Below, piece after piece: positions 47,075-60,090 of a stretch of 64,000 bases of DNA. The notes below the pieces were generated by a model. It saw nothing but the letters and a program-made list of their open reading frames with translations, was not told the origin of the DNA and did no database searches. The DNA is from Gekko japonicus (Eukaryota), in assembly GCF_001447785.1 (NCBI RefSeq), contig NW_015162029.1, forward strand, positions 112,343 through 176,342, given 5' to 3'. The translations under genes were made by a program, and so were the position numbers. Position 1 is the first letter of the stretch. Every line of letters begins with the position of its first letter.

Positions 47075-49630
47075 TAAACAGAGTTACACCCTTCTAAATT
47101 AAAGAATCAATGGACTTAACTCTGCTTAGAATGGCAGAGTAAGTTTTTAATTGATAATTCTTCTGTTCATGGGTATTATATATTGGACATATAGACAAGT
47201 GTGTTGAAGAGTTGTAGCTCATTTTCCATTAACATGTTCAAGGCAGCTAACAAAAATCAGAATTGCATCAATACACAACAGAACCCCAAAGGCTGATACC
47301 TCACTCAGCTCAGGCAATTGGTAACTATTGAATGATTACAGCAAGGATGTCTTATGGAGAGCTTTCCTTGGGCCCTCCGTCTGTTGGCAGTTAGTGACTT
47401 CTCTGAAGTAGTTAGTACTGCAATGATCTTTAACGGAACTACACTTGAGCTGCCACTCCTAGCCCCGGGGCTAGCTCTGCTCATTATCCTACCACAAACA
47501 GTGAGAGCATAGCACAGGAGGAGGTGTGGTCTCCCTGCCATTGGGGGGACCCGCTGTCATGCATTCTTGCAAGTTTCTTGTGGCATTTGCATGAGAGATG
47601 CCACTTGAGCCACCACAGCTCCCTAAACAGAGTTACACCCTTCTAAATTAATTAATCAATGGACTTAACTCGGCTTAGAATGGCAGAGTAAGTTTTTAAT
47701 TGATAATTCTTCTGTTCATGGTTATTATATATTGGACATATAGACAAGTGTGTTGTAGAGTTGTAGCTCATTTTCCATTAACATGTTCAAGGCAGCTAAC
47801 AAAAATCAGAATTGCATCAATACACAACAGAACCCCAAAGGCTGATATGTCACTCAGCTCAGACCATTGATAACTATTGAGTGATTGCAGCAAGGATGTC
47901 TTATGGGCCCTCCTTCTGTTGGCAGTTAGTGACTTCTCTGAAGTAGTTAGTACTGCAATGATCTTTTCCAGAGAGTACTACACTTGAGCTGCCACTCCTA
48001 GCCCCGGGGCTGGCTCTGCTCATTATCCTACCACAAACAGTGAGAGCGTAGCACAGGAGGAGGTGTGGTCTCCCTGCCATTGGGGGGACCCGCTGTCATG
48101 CATTCTTGCAAGTTTCTTGTGGCATTTGCATGAGAGATGGAGTGTGTCTCTGCAGACCACTTGAGCATGGTGGGCTGGGAAATGACAGAAGATGCAAGGC
48201 ACGATAGTTCTCTGTGATGCTCCTGCTGATTTGGTTTGCCAAGAAACTACTTTGGGTTACTTGTTCCGCTTAGCCTTCTAAAGGAAGAGTTCTGAGAACC
48301 ACAGAAGTATTTTCAACTTTTTTGCACTAGAGAAGGAATGAGATGGTATTGCACAGGCAATACACAACAGAACCCCAAAGGCTGATATGTCACTCAGCTC
48401 AGACCATTGATAACTATTGAGTGATTGCAGCAAGGATGTCTTATGGGCCCTCCTTCTGTTGGCAGTTAGTGACTTCTCTGAAGTAGTTAGTACTGCAATG
48501 ATCTTTTCCAGAGAGTACTACACTTGAGCTGCCACTCCTAGCCCCGGGGCTGGCTCTGCTCATTATCCTACCACAAACAGTGAGAGCGTAGCACAGGAGG
48601 AGGTGTGGTCTCCCTGCCATTGGGGGGACCCGCTGTCATGCATTCTTGCAAGTTTCTTGTGGCATTTGCATGAGAGATGGAGTGTGTCTCTGCAGACCAC
48701 TTGAGCATGGTGGGCTGGGAAATGACAGAAGATGCAAGGCACGATAGTTCTCTGTGATGCTCCTGCTGATTTAGTTTGCCAAGAAACTACTTTGGGTTAC
48801 TTGGGCAGTGAACCAGTTCTGCTTAGCCTTCTAAAGGAAGAGTTCTGAGAACCACAGAAGTATTGCACAGTCGGCAAAGGATCGAAGAAAATAGATAAAG
48901 GAGTGGGAAGTGCAAAGAGGTAGATTGGAATATAGTGACCAGTGGATAAAGAGATAATAAAGAAAAATTGTTCAAAGAACAGAAGAAGACAGGATAATGC
49001 ATCGCAAAATGAGGGATGTTGCAGATTGCACCATGAACATATTAGACAGTTAGCTTTACTGTGTTTGAAGATTCCAATCAGATATGAGCTAATCACCCAG
49101 TCTTTTCATTCTTGCCGAAGACCCTTGAATGCTGGCCAAACAGGTCATTGGGGTTTTGCAGAACTGTGCATACACAGAAATGCTGCTGATTCAAACTGAT
49201 AGTTTGCCAAGAAACTACTTTGGGTTACTTGGGCAGTGAACCAGTTCTGCTTAGCCTTCTAAAGGAAGAGTTCTGAGAACCACAGAAGTATTGCACAGTC
49301 GGCAAAGGATCGAAGAAAATAGATAAAGGAGTGGAAAGTGCAAAGAGGTAGATTGGAACATAGTGACTAGTAGATAAAGAGATGATAAAGAAAAATTGTT
49401 CAAAGAACAGAAAAAGACAGGATAATGCATTGCAGAATGAGGGATGTTGCAGATTGCACCATGAACATATTAGACAGTTAGCCTTACTGTGTTTGAAGAT
49501 GCCAATCAGATATGAGCTAATCACCCAGCCTTTTCATTCATGCCGAAGACCCTTGAATGGCTGCCAAACAGGTCATTAGGGTTTTGCAGAACTGTGCATA
49601 CACAGAAATGCTGCTGATTCAAACTGATAG
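47075..49630. repeat. Serial overlapping tandem duplications (offsets ~549, 540, 428 bp)
   Basis: 47075-47600 ~ 47624-48139; 47818-48311 ~ 48358-48863; 48773-49200 ~ 49201-49630. Confidence 0.95.
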
Positions 49631-50000
49631 GCAGACTCTAGCATCAGTAAGGACTGCTTAGATGAACACTGAATTATAGAATTTTATTAAGACACAGTAT
49701 TTATTTATAAATTACATATGACCTATGATTGATAAAAATTGTCTATTTAAACTATTTCTTGCTGAGCAGAAGCAGACATGCAGCAGGGATGAGGGGAGTG
49801 TAACTCAGGCCTATTATGCACATGCGTTTTCCCGCGCTTTCACTGTGCATGTCCATTGGGTTTTCTTTGTCATTCTGCATTGATCAATAGTCATTTATTA
49901 GCCAAAGGCCATTACAGACTCAGTATACATCCCGAGCTAAGAGATGTCAAGCAACCACCAACATCCATAAAATAAAAGGGCATTAAACCAAGTAACTTCT

Positions 50001-50195
50001 TGTTGTTGTTCAGTCGCACAGTCGAGTCCGACTCTTCGCGACCCCATGGATCATCTCCCGCCAGGCCCTCCTGTCTTCCGCCGTCCTCTGAAGTTAGCTC
50101 AGTTTCATGTTCGTTGCATCGATGACACTGTCTAACCATCTCATCCTTTGCCGTCCCCGTCTTCTTTGACCTTCAATCATTCCCAGCAAAGATTG
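50001..50195 (-). mobile_element. RTE-BovB 3' end with TSD
   Basis: (CAA)n tail, gtccgactcttcgcgaccccatgga, aaccatctcatcctttgccgtcccc; TSD AAGTAACTTCT (49990-50000, 50196-50206). Confidence 0.9.
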
Positions 50196-50390
50196 AAGTA
50201 ACTTCTACACAGTGTTTAAAAGGCAGTTACCAACTGTTAAAATTATTTAGTAAAATTTATCCTACAAAACCTGTAATTACTAATTATTCAGCTAGGAAAA
50301 CAGGAATTATGGGAAATCTTCAGCCTTAACGAAAAACCATTTTCATTTACACACTATATAAAAACTGTAATATAAGCCCAGTTCCAATAT

Positions 50391-50617
50391 GTAAAGGTAA
50401 AGATTTCCCTTGCTTGAAAGCTAGTCAAATCTGACTCTAGGGAACGGTGCTCATCTCCGTTTCCAAGCTGAAGAGCCAGCACTGTCCGAAGATGTTTCCG
50501 TGGTCATGTGGCTGACATGACTAAAAAAGGCACACAGAACGCTGTTACCTTCCCACTGAAGTGGTACCTATTTATCTACTTGCAATTTCTTGCTTTCGAA
50601 CTGCTAGGTTGGCAGGA
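50391..50617 (-). mobile_element. Sauria SINE (Squam1) 3' part
   Basis: (ACCTTT)-type tail; ggtgctcatctccgttt, gtggtacctatttatctact, tgctttcgaactgctaggttggcagga. Confidence 0.88.
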
Positions 50618-50905
50618 CATCTCATGGTAGCTAAGCTGAAAATAAGTACTCCTGTTTCCCCTTGTGTTTAAATTTTTAATTTTTTTTACTAGTGGCATGA
50701 GTCTAGTGATATGGGACTACTGCTAGTCTCTGATTGCTGAATAAAAAAATTAAAACAACAGGAGGAGGAGTTTAAAAGGAGCTGTACGAGGTTTAGTTCC
50801 CTATTGGTATTGACTTGAAAGCACAGGACAGGCTATAAAAAAACTGCAAAGATCAGCACCAATGTGTAGGATCAAATTAGAGAATCACAAAGAGAAAGCC
50901 ACACA

Positions 50906-51644
50906 AATTTGCAAGGAAGGCCAGGAAATTAGCATTACTATGCAGCCATGATTGGGCATCGGCAAACCCCCCCCCCCATTTTTTTTAATTTAATGGCACA
51001 AGACTAAAAGAAAACTCTCTAGAGCTTCTGCCAGAGGGCTCCTCCCCCATACAAATTGCAGCCCTATGCAAACCGTGAAGTTGCAGCTGACTTTGCACAG
51101 GCACACACACACACAGAGCCAACAATCACAGCTTGCAATGCCACTGTCAGTGGGTTCTACCGTGCATTCTGTACACTCTACATGTTCCCCTATATTCTAA
51201 GATTTTGTGACTCCCATTTTTCACAGTGACCGATAACACAACAGCGAATCCCCTAGTGTGCAGATATGGAAAACAGGGCTTCCGGAATTTGCAAGGAAGG
51301 CCAGGAAATGAGCATTACTATGCAGCTGCGCTTGGGCATTGCCCAAAATACCCCTATTTTTTTTCAATTTAGTTGCACAAGGCTAAAAAAAGCTCTCCAG
51401 AGCTTCTGCTAGAGGACTCCTCCCCATACAAATTGCAGCCCTGGGCAAAGTGTGGTGGAGTTGCAGCGTGCACACATATACACACACACTACCAACGATT
51501 TCATCTTGCAGTGTCAGTGGGTTCTACTGTGCATTCTGTACACTCAGCATGTCCCCCCATATTATGAGATTGTGTGACTCTTCCCATTTTTCACAGTGAC
51601 CGATAACACAACAGAGAATCCCCTAGTGTGCAGATATGGAAAAC
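50906..51644. repeat. Older tandem duplication of ~370 bp
   Basis: 50906-51274 ~ 51286-51644 with many substitutions and indels. Confidence 0.9.
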
Positions 51645-52146
51645 GGCTTGCAGCTGCTTGTCACTTTCAAAAAAAGTCTAGTCAGTTTCAACATCAGGTT
51701 TTCCTGAAGCATGAAGCAACCTTGCCAAACAACTATTAACAGGTTGATGGCTGAACTGTTCCTCAAAAATCAGCTTTCTGTTTGCAGCTGGCAAACAGGA
51801 TATGAGCTGAAATGGCAGGTGTTCAAGCATCCTTCATAAAACCTGTCTGCTGTAATTTTTTGGCAGTAACTGAATGAATATTTAAAAGTAGAACTGGAGA
51901 AAAAACACAGTTTCAGAATCACATTCATAGTACTCATGGCATGCAGCAGTTTTATAAATAAGAATAATACTGTAAAATCCTGAAGCTTACATTTAAATTC
52001 TACCTTACCTTCTAGGCTATGACTGCAAATCCTTTATGTGCTAGATAATGGTTTTGCTAGTTGATTTAAAAAGCCCTCTATTTTCTGCCATTTAGAATGC
52101 TGTTACTATAGGAAATCTTTATTTTTTTATTATCTTTACTCCTCAG

Positions 52147-52210
52147 GCTTGCGAAGAGGCTGAAAAATGAACCTTTAAAGTCAGATTTTACCATAGATTT
52201 GAAATATGAG
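52147..52210 (+). CDS. B3GLCT: B3GLCT coding exon 8 (64 nt)
   Basis: ctcAG/gtaagt. [21 protein letters not shown] vs human [21 protein letters not shown]. Confidence 0.97.
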
Positions 52211-53150
52211 GTAAGTCCTGCTATGTTTCTGTGGTGCCATTTGTTATTACCTAACCTTGCTCTGCAACATAGGAGGCAAATTATATTATGTATACTTTTA
52301 TCCTTCTTTCTTTTGTTACTGTTTGTGTAGAATTAAAAAAAATTAAGATTCTGTTATTAACACTTATTAAAATGCTTGAAATCTGTGGCAGGATCCTAAG
52401 AACCACTTAGCCTCAAGCAATGCAGTGGCTTCTCCTCACCATCCCTTTTTTCCCCCATTTACCAACTAAAACGTGTTATACTGCAGACTATTTTTAAATT
52501 CTGCTCCAATTCAAAAAGAGTTGCCCCATGGACTGGAAGGAAGTTGTTTGAGAAAAAGCAAGGCCAAAGCTTTCTTGAATGGGTTGAACTAGCTGAGAGG
52601 TTCTGTGCACCTCATTGTGGCTTTTCCTTTTCAACTTTCAGTAAGACGTAAAGAAATGTGAACATGCATAATGTATATAGCAGCTTCATTAAGTAGTACA
52701 CCAGTCCATACCAAAAGTCCAGTAGAAATCAGGATGATACTCGTTCAAGTGTGTGAACAGTAATCTAAAGGCTGAATGTGAACACAGCTCCCAGCATTTT
52801 TTCCCTGTCTAAAGAAATCAGTTGCATTAATGCCTCATTCAGAGTGGGCTGTAGCATGAAGGGAGGGGTGTTCAAGCTTTCTCTGCATGCTGTTTCCTTG
52901 ATCTGAAGCAGTTCCAAGAAGCTCATATTTGTTCCATTGGGGGATCTTCCGTGTACTGGTGTCCATAGCTCTACAATTGCCCTGTAGGGCAAATAACTCC
53001 CAGGGTGTTACAGGGGCTGAGAAAATGGCATGGGGGGAGAGTCTAATCTTTTCTTGCTCCAGGTCTTGATCCAAATCCAAGGTCCCAAATGCCTGATTTT
53101 TAGAGACAGAGAAGTTCTAGAAGCTGTGTTCATGGAACTCTCTGCATTTT

Positions 53151-53429
53151 AGAGCCAGTTAGGTGTAGTGGTTAGAAGTGTGGACTCTAATCTGGGAGAA
53201 CCAGGTTTGATTCCCCACTCCTCCACATGCAGCTGCTGGTATGACCTTGGGTCAGTCATGGGCTCTCTCAGAGCTGTTCTCTCAAGGGCAGTTCTCAAAA
53301 GATCTCTCTCAGCCCCACCTACCTTACAGGGTGTGTGTTGTGGGGACGGGAAGGGAAAGGAGATTGTAAGCCACTCTGAGACTCCTTTGGGTGGTGAAGG
53401 GCGGGGTATAAATCCAGTCTCTTCTCTTT
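53151..53429 (+). mobile_element. Squam3B-type SINE
   Basis: Close match to the 19018 copy. Confidence 0.88.
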
Positions 53430-54182
53430 ATGTAGCTGAGCCCTAAGAAACCTATATAACCAATATTATTTTTAATTAATCTGAAATTCAGTTCACTAAT
53501 GTGAAAAGGTGAATCCATAAATACTGAATATTTTAAGTTCATCCACATGTAACATTGCAAGAATGGTAAGACACAGTCATCTGAAAAATAGTTACTGAGA
53601 TCAGATGGAGAGTTCATAAATGCTATATATTCTGTGGGTTCTCACCTCTGCGGGATGCTAGTCAATAACCTTTTGGGGGATATACCTTATTAATGAGCTT
53701 TTCAAAACTGAATCCACATTGTCACATAAACAATATGATATAGTATTGGAGTGCATACTTAATAACTACATTGGAAGGCAGATGCTTACATCTTTCATTT
53801 ATGAATGAAAGGTATAATGAAATGCAGTGCATAAAACAAATGTTCTCTACCGTTTGTGATCAGCAAACTGATTCTGTACTCTCCTGCAGAGTGTTGAAGC
53901 CCTGCTGGAACCCTGGTGTGTTCATGAGCATCCATATGAGCTCAGTGTTCACTGCATTGTTGGGGATATATTTAGAAAAGACATTTAGTGGTGTTAGTGC
54001 TTGAGTCGAGACTCCATTCCTATCAGCTCAGGAGCTTCACCTTTATTTCACTACACTGATTGAAACTGAATTGCATGCTAAAACAAATTGAGCAGGAGAG
54101 ATTCACTCTCATTCATCAATGGTGGTAACATAATTGTCGAGCTAACTATACGATAGCTAGAAGCAACTCTACTTAAACAAAG

Positions 54183-54284
54183 ACACATTGAGGACTAAAA
54201 ACATTGTCTAAAATTTTAACTTTTTTTTAACCTCTCTCACACATTGAGGACTAAAAACATTGTCTAATATTTTAACTTTTTTTT
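54183..54284. repeat. Short tandem duplication (56-bp period)
   Basis: acacattgaggactaaaaacattgtctaa..ttttaacttttttt occurs twice. Confidence 0.85.
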
Positions 54285-55135
54285 CACCTGCAAAAATTGG
54301 GGCATGAATTCTGCTTCAAAATAGTTAGTAAAAATGAGATGGATCTTGGACCCTGGTAATTCTGGTTTCAGCAAGCTCATCATGATGGAAGGGATACTTG
54401 TAGTGTTAATCAGGAATGTTTATTTTTTGAAAACGTGCTGACCCACAGATATCTAGTTCTTCTTCTTTCAAACAGAACTGGGGCAGGGGAGAGGTCTCCC
54501 AGTGGCAGCTGTGAGTCTGTCTGTGCTTGCACAGTGGAAGCTGTATTTACTAGTAATGATACATCCTGTTAAAGGTTACCATCTTTTATTCCAATTCTGG
54601 TGACACTAGGCAGTGGCACTATTGAAAGTGAAGAGGAATTGCCACTTACTTCTGTGAAGTAAAAAAAAAATATGGATGCCTCAGGTCATTGTTTCATTCT
54701 TGTCTCGCTTAATGACATTCAGTATGCTGCTGTGCCTTTCCAGATGGAATACAATTCACTTTTACTGTATTTTGTTACAACCCATCTTTCAAGTGTATCA
54801 GGTCTTCATTTTCATGACACATGCTGAGTCTACTGTTGTTTTCAATGCAATTAATCTTTCCAGGGTTTTGTTTAATACTTGGTCTTCAGTAGGAGTCCTA
54901 AAATGCCGTACTCCCTTTATTTCCATCTCTTAAAAAGCCATAAGATTCAGAAACATTACAGTGCTTTCCACAGTTGAAAAGAGTGAACGTGATCTAGGGG
55001 CATCTATGGGGCAGCACCATTTGGCAGTAAAACCCCCCCCCCAATCAAGCAGCTATTCAGACCTTAAAATGTTCCACTGGTAGAACGGATTTGCAACCTT
55101 ATTTCATAAGATTTTGTGGATTGTTTTTATTCAAG

Positions 55136-55753
55136 CAGGGGGTTGCAGCCTTTTTTGAGCTTATGGGCACCTTTGGAATTCTGACACAGGGTGGTGGGTG
55201 AAAGCACAAAATGTCTGGCATGGGGGTGAGCCAAACACGAAATCTCAGGGAGTGAGTTTATGCATTAACTCTAATATTCAGTCTTCAACACTTCAAGGCA
55301 GAAGCTCTGTTTAACCAGGATGCCTTTTAAATGAATATATGGTTGTTAAGTGAAGACCTTTGTGATCTGGTGGCAGTTGCCACCAAAGCAACATTGTTAA
55401 AACTGCACAGCCAGTGGAAGCCCTGCTAGGCAAAAGCCCCGTCTGGCTCCACCCACTTTCTAAAAACTCTTGGCAGGTTTCAGGAAAGGCGTCAGCAGAC
55501 ACCATGGTGTCCACGGGTGCCAGGTAGGGTTGCCAGGCTCCAGGTGGTGGCTGGTGATCTCCTGGGATTACAGCTGATTTCCAGTCCACCTGGAGAAAAT
55601 GGCTGCTCTGGAAGGGGGGGGCTCAGTGGCATTATACCCCATTGAAGTCCCTCCCCTCCCCAGATCCCTCTGCTCCCCAGGCTCCACCCCCCAAATCTCC
55701 AGGTATTTCCCAACCCAGAGCTGGCAACCCTAGCGCCATGTTTGGGATGCCTG
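55136..55753. mobile_element. hAT-type MITE (CAGG..CCTG) containing a nested MITE
   Basis: Decayed TSD tattcaag/cattgaag; the inner element is at 55525-55732. Confidence 0.65.
55525..55732. mobile_element. hAT-type MITE (TAGGGTTGCCAG TIR)
   Basis: TIRs tagggttgccag / ctggcaacccta; TSD gtgccagg/gcgccatg (6/8 match). Confidence 0.85.
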
Positions 55754-56322
55754 CATTGAAGCATACTTCTGCAATAGACAAAATAGATATACTTCTAAAT
55801 GTTTTTTACTGTTTGTTGACTTTTCCCCATTTATTCAGAACTAGTTGTTGTTCAAGTAGTAAAAGCAGCTACTGGAAAGAGTTTATGTTGTGTTTATGCA
55901 GCTGCATCCACGTTTACTAACCTTCCCCAGCCATCTGTTCCTGTCAGCCTTAACTAAACTTATTTTCAATTTGTGTTGTCTTGTATTCCTTTTGGGCATG
56001 AATCACAGGCGCTGAACATATGTGCAGTCTCATGAGGCGTCATATACAATAGCTAAATTTAGGAGTATGTGAGAAGATGCACCAATAACTTTGCAGTGAG
56101 AAGAGCTAGTAGCTGTTTAACAATATACCACCTGCCTGCATGGATGGAATTATAATCATCTTTAGCTCAGAATTGGGGATTTCTTTTGTACAGCATATAG
56201 CTTCTCTGAGCATAGTTATTCTGTTTCATTTTGAATGCATATACTTCTTGTGTTGCAGTGGTGTAGCTTCATAGTTTGAAAATATTTCAGTGCTAATGAA
56301 TATTTACCATATATTTTAAAAG

Positions 56323-56454
56323 ATTGCACTATATATCTGGGAAAAAGGCAATGGACCACATCTCACCCCAGTGCCTGAGTTCTGCACAGAAGATGTTGAC
56401 TCTCCCAAGACTAGTCATTGTGCCACTACGTTCGCTAATTTCCTCCCAATATGT
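56323..56454 (+). CDS. B3GLCT: B3GLCT coding exon 9 (132 nt)
   Basis: aaAG/gtaagc. [44 protein letters not shown]. Confidence 0.96.
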
Positions 56455-57729
56455 GTAAGCATTTCCATATTGTTTTTCCTCTAAGATTCATAGACAAGTA
56501 AGCAATCCTATTCAAAACCTTTTTAATTTGTTTAATTGCTTAAACAGTCTGAACTTTTGCGTTTTCGAATGGAGGCATAAGTTAAGGTGGGCTGTGATAG
56601 GGAAATGATTTTCTTTGAGGTGTGGAATGACTGTGAAGGTTATACTTTTATGTAGATTGTAGTATTATTGTGGTTACTGTAGTATTGGCCAGACTAGACA
56701 TGGTTGGGACAGCTGTCTTCATTTATTCATGAGTATGTTCCATTCACATATAAAGTGTGTGTGTGTGGTCAGAGGATATTTAAAATACATAGATGGGCAC
56801 AGATAAGGGAAACTGAACCCTCCCCAACTTTGCTTCCTCCCTCTCATTCGCTTCAGGCATTTTTCTTTCACCCTGACTCCAGTAATGGAAATGCCTGAAG
56901 TAATGGAGCTCAGTTTTTATTGTTTTCAAAATAAGCCTATTCTGCTTCTTTTAGAAAATGGTAGGGTATGTTTTCTAGTAGCAAAAAGTACTTTCATATT
57001 GTGAATGCATATTGTGGTTTACAGAAGAAAACTCTCTTCTAGTAATTATTTCCTGTCTGTTTCTCCACCACAGGTTGTTTTATTAAATTAAGACTGCAGA
57101 ATAAAATGTGAATTGCCTACATGAAGCTGTGAAACTGGGTTAAATGTGTGTGTTGCTTGAGCCAAAAGAATGCTCTGTGTGTGTGTGTGCACACACTTAA
57201 ATCCCTGTTAAGAACCTGATTCCTAGCTTTTTTAAAGCTTTATGATGCACCGTGATAGAAACTGATTCACTACATAGTAATATATAAAATGCATTCTGAA
57301 ACAAGGGTGTGTGCCAATCAAGAATAGAAGTACTTCTCAGTCTCCATGACTTTAGTGCAAGACTGTAGCACATGCTGGCATCTCTGCTGTTGAAATCAGT
57401 GGAGCTTGACACTTACTTTAGCTGCATCAGACCCTAAATACTCCTATTGCTATAATTTGCAATTGTTCTTGTTCATTAGCTGCCTTAATCAGTTGCATCT
57501 GGCTTCAACCAGAATTCTGATCCAAATTTTAGTTAAATTATGGTGCTAGGCAACACTGATTTTGTTTAAGTTGCTGAATTTGAAAAGAAAAAAAATCTTG
57601 CTATACTATCTTACTACTTTTTAAATGTATATAGAACCGTATTTTGAAGTCCTCCTTTAAAAAAAAAAAGACTTGTTTGTGTGATATAAACCTGAATAGA
57701 AGTAAGACGTTGATGGTTTTTAATTTTAG

Positions 57730-57799
57730 GGGGATCCTGTGAAGAAAACAGATATCTTTGTTGCTGTAAAAACCTGCAGGAAATTCCATGGAGACAGAA
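57730..57799 (+). CDS. B3GLCT: B3GLCT coding exon 10 (70 nt)
   Basis: tttAG/gtaagt. GDPVKKTDIFVAVKTCRKFHGDR, the start of the Fringe-like C-terminal GT domain. Confidence 0.97.
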
Positions 57800-58499
57800 G
57801 TAAGTTCTAGATTTAAGGGTATCTTTATATAATTTCTGAAACTAGTTTTGATATTCTTCTCCTTTTTTTCCCCTTTTCACATGTTCACTTGTTGAACTTT
57901 TTAATGTTGCAAATAGCATGTGGGAAGAAGCAGGAAGGAAGTCACTATATAATTTCCACTTAAAGTCAATGAAGCATTTTAAAACTAAATGTTTTTAAAT
58001 CAGTTGTACAACTACATATGTAGATGCCTATTTTGAATGTTTTGTATTCATGACAGTAAGAATCTAATACATCAGGTACTTAGTCTTTTGAACTGGGTAT
58101 CTAGCTTCCACTAACTATATAATGTTGGATGAAAATGTCATCTATCTCTTTGGCTTGTTGGGCTGTTTCCCACATTCTCCTCTCCCTCACAGTCCTTTCC
58201 AGTCCAGAAAAATTTATTCCCAGGGTTATGAAATTGTCTTTTCCTCCTCCTTCCACCAAACAGTGGAAGGCAATTTTGTCCCCTTCCTCCCCACTGCAGC
58301 CTCCTGACTGGCATGACCATTAGTCTATACCAGTCCCACAATCCTGGGAGTAAACTTTCCTAAGTTAGAAAGGACCGTGGCTGAGAGAATGCAGGAAAGA
58401 TCCTTTTGCTGATGAACCACTAGATCCAACCCATTGTGACAATGCAGAGAAGAAGAGTATAATGAATTTTTACTTAATAAAATACTCTTATGTTATCAA

Positions 58500-58959
58500 C
58501 AGGGATGGGCTCGAATCAGGAAAATGGAGGTTCATCCTGGTTTGTGAGGTCACACAAACCATGAACCTTCACGAACCTCCTGATTTACTGAATTGGTTCA
58601 GTTCATGAGGTTTGGGGGAAGACCTCCTTTCTGTTGGAGGCGGCTCCCCAAGGCCAGAAGAATGGAAGGGGGGAAAGAGCTTGCAAAAACAATTTAAATG
58701 GAATGCTTGGAAGCGGGAGGGGGGGAGCTAAAGGGATTGCTGGTGCCCTGCTGTTAAGATGAAATGGATGCAAGCGATTTCAGTGATCCCTCTTGCTCCC
58801 CCCCTCTTCACAACACAAACCCCATGAACCCCCAAAACCATGTGGAGGGTCATGCAGTGGTCATGGATAGGGATGGGCATGAATCTCTGGTTCGCGAACC
58901 ATGAACCAACAATGTTTATCAGGAAATTACGTTCGTGATGAGGTTCATGCCCATCCCGT
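58500..58959. mobile_element. hAT-type MITE (AGGGATGGGC TIR)
   Basis: cagggatgggc / gcccatcccgt termini; perfect 8-bp TSD GTTATCAA; internal gaacc/ggttc repeats. Confidence 0.82.
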
Positions 58960-60090
58960 GTTATCAATAGGAAAAGAAGCAGCAGCAAGGAGATGGCAAT
59001 GACTGGATTCCATATGTAGAATGCTGTTAAAGACCTCATTAAATATTGTGGTGGGGAGTTAAATTTTGCAAAGGCATGGATGATGTTGAAATCCAGAGAC
59101 CTTATAAAGAAGTCAGAAAAAAATAGTTGCCATACTACGGACAGTGCAGATTAATTTTCAGTTTTGTTTCAGTTCTCAAAAAGGCTTATATTTCAAGTAT
59201 TGTAGGTAGAACATTGTCATGGAAATAAGGAATTATATCCATAATATTCAGGTTGCATGGGACTCCTATAATGCTTATAAATGCAAAGCAATATAAAGTG
59301 ATTATTGTCTCCCAAGAGTATTTAACAGGAATATGCAAATACTTGAATACATATTAAAGAAGTTAATTCTAAACTATTGCCTCTCAAAAAAAAAAATCAC
59401 CTTATCCTGATGCAGTTTTCAGCATGTGCTCTGTGGCCTGTGGGAATGTAGTAACAGCAGACTCAGGCAAAAAATTATCTTAAAATGTAGGATTTCAGGC
59501 TAACTTTGGGGCCCAGCAGTGGCTTCGTTGGACAACATAAAAACAAGTTCCATATCCCAGAAAATGTAGAATGAGTAAACGAAAATATAGAATGTCCATC
59601 AATTTGTTCCATTTTTGAGAATATTTTTTTCCATCTCTTGACATAGTAATCAGTGAGACTGGTGTGTAAAGTAGGTCAGTAATTGAGGTGGGTAATTAGA
59701 AATCTTCTACATCTAAATGGAACAAAGATATGGGTATAGTGTAGGGAGAATTTTGTTGGTGAAAGAACACCACCCCAGCAGATAGAAGACATTTCTTCTT
59801 CCGGCCAAGGTGATGCATTTACCATATCAATATCACATTTGGCTGTAATATCTTGCTTTTAAATGCTAGGCAAAACAGCAGCAATTCAGCTTTTAATTCT
59901 ATGTGAGAGGGCTGAACCTGACATGTATCGCACTGTCTGTGGTAGGGGGAAGGAGTTAATCTCTCTCCCAACTGTGCCTCCAGTTGGGTGGTCAGGGACT
60001 ATAGGGTTCCAGCCTACAGGAGGAGGTGGACTACAGCCCACTATGATCATTTTACTAAGCACTTTGTGGATGAAATCTCTCAGAGACATC

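Noticed and set aside
47075-49630. CRISPR-like array or duplicated small genes (ORFs 48797 and 49225)
   Set aside because: Long duplications without repeat-spacer structure; the ORFs have no recognisable coding or splice signal; eukaryotic DNA.
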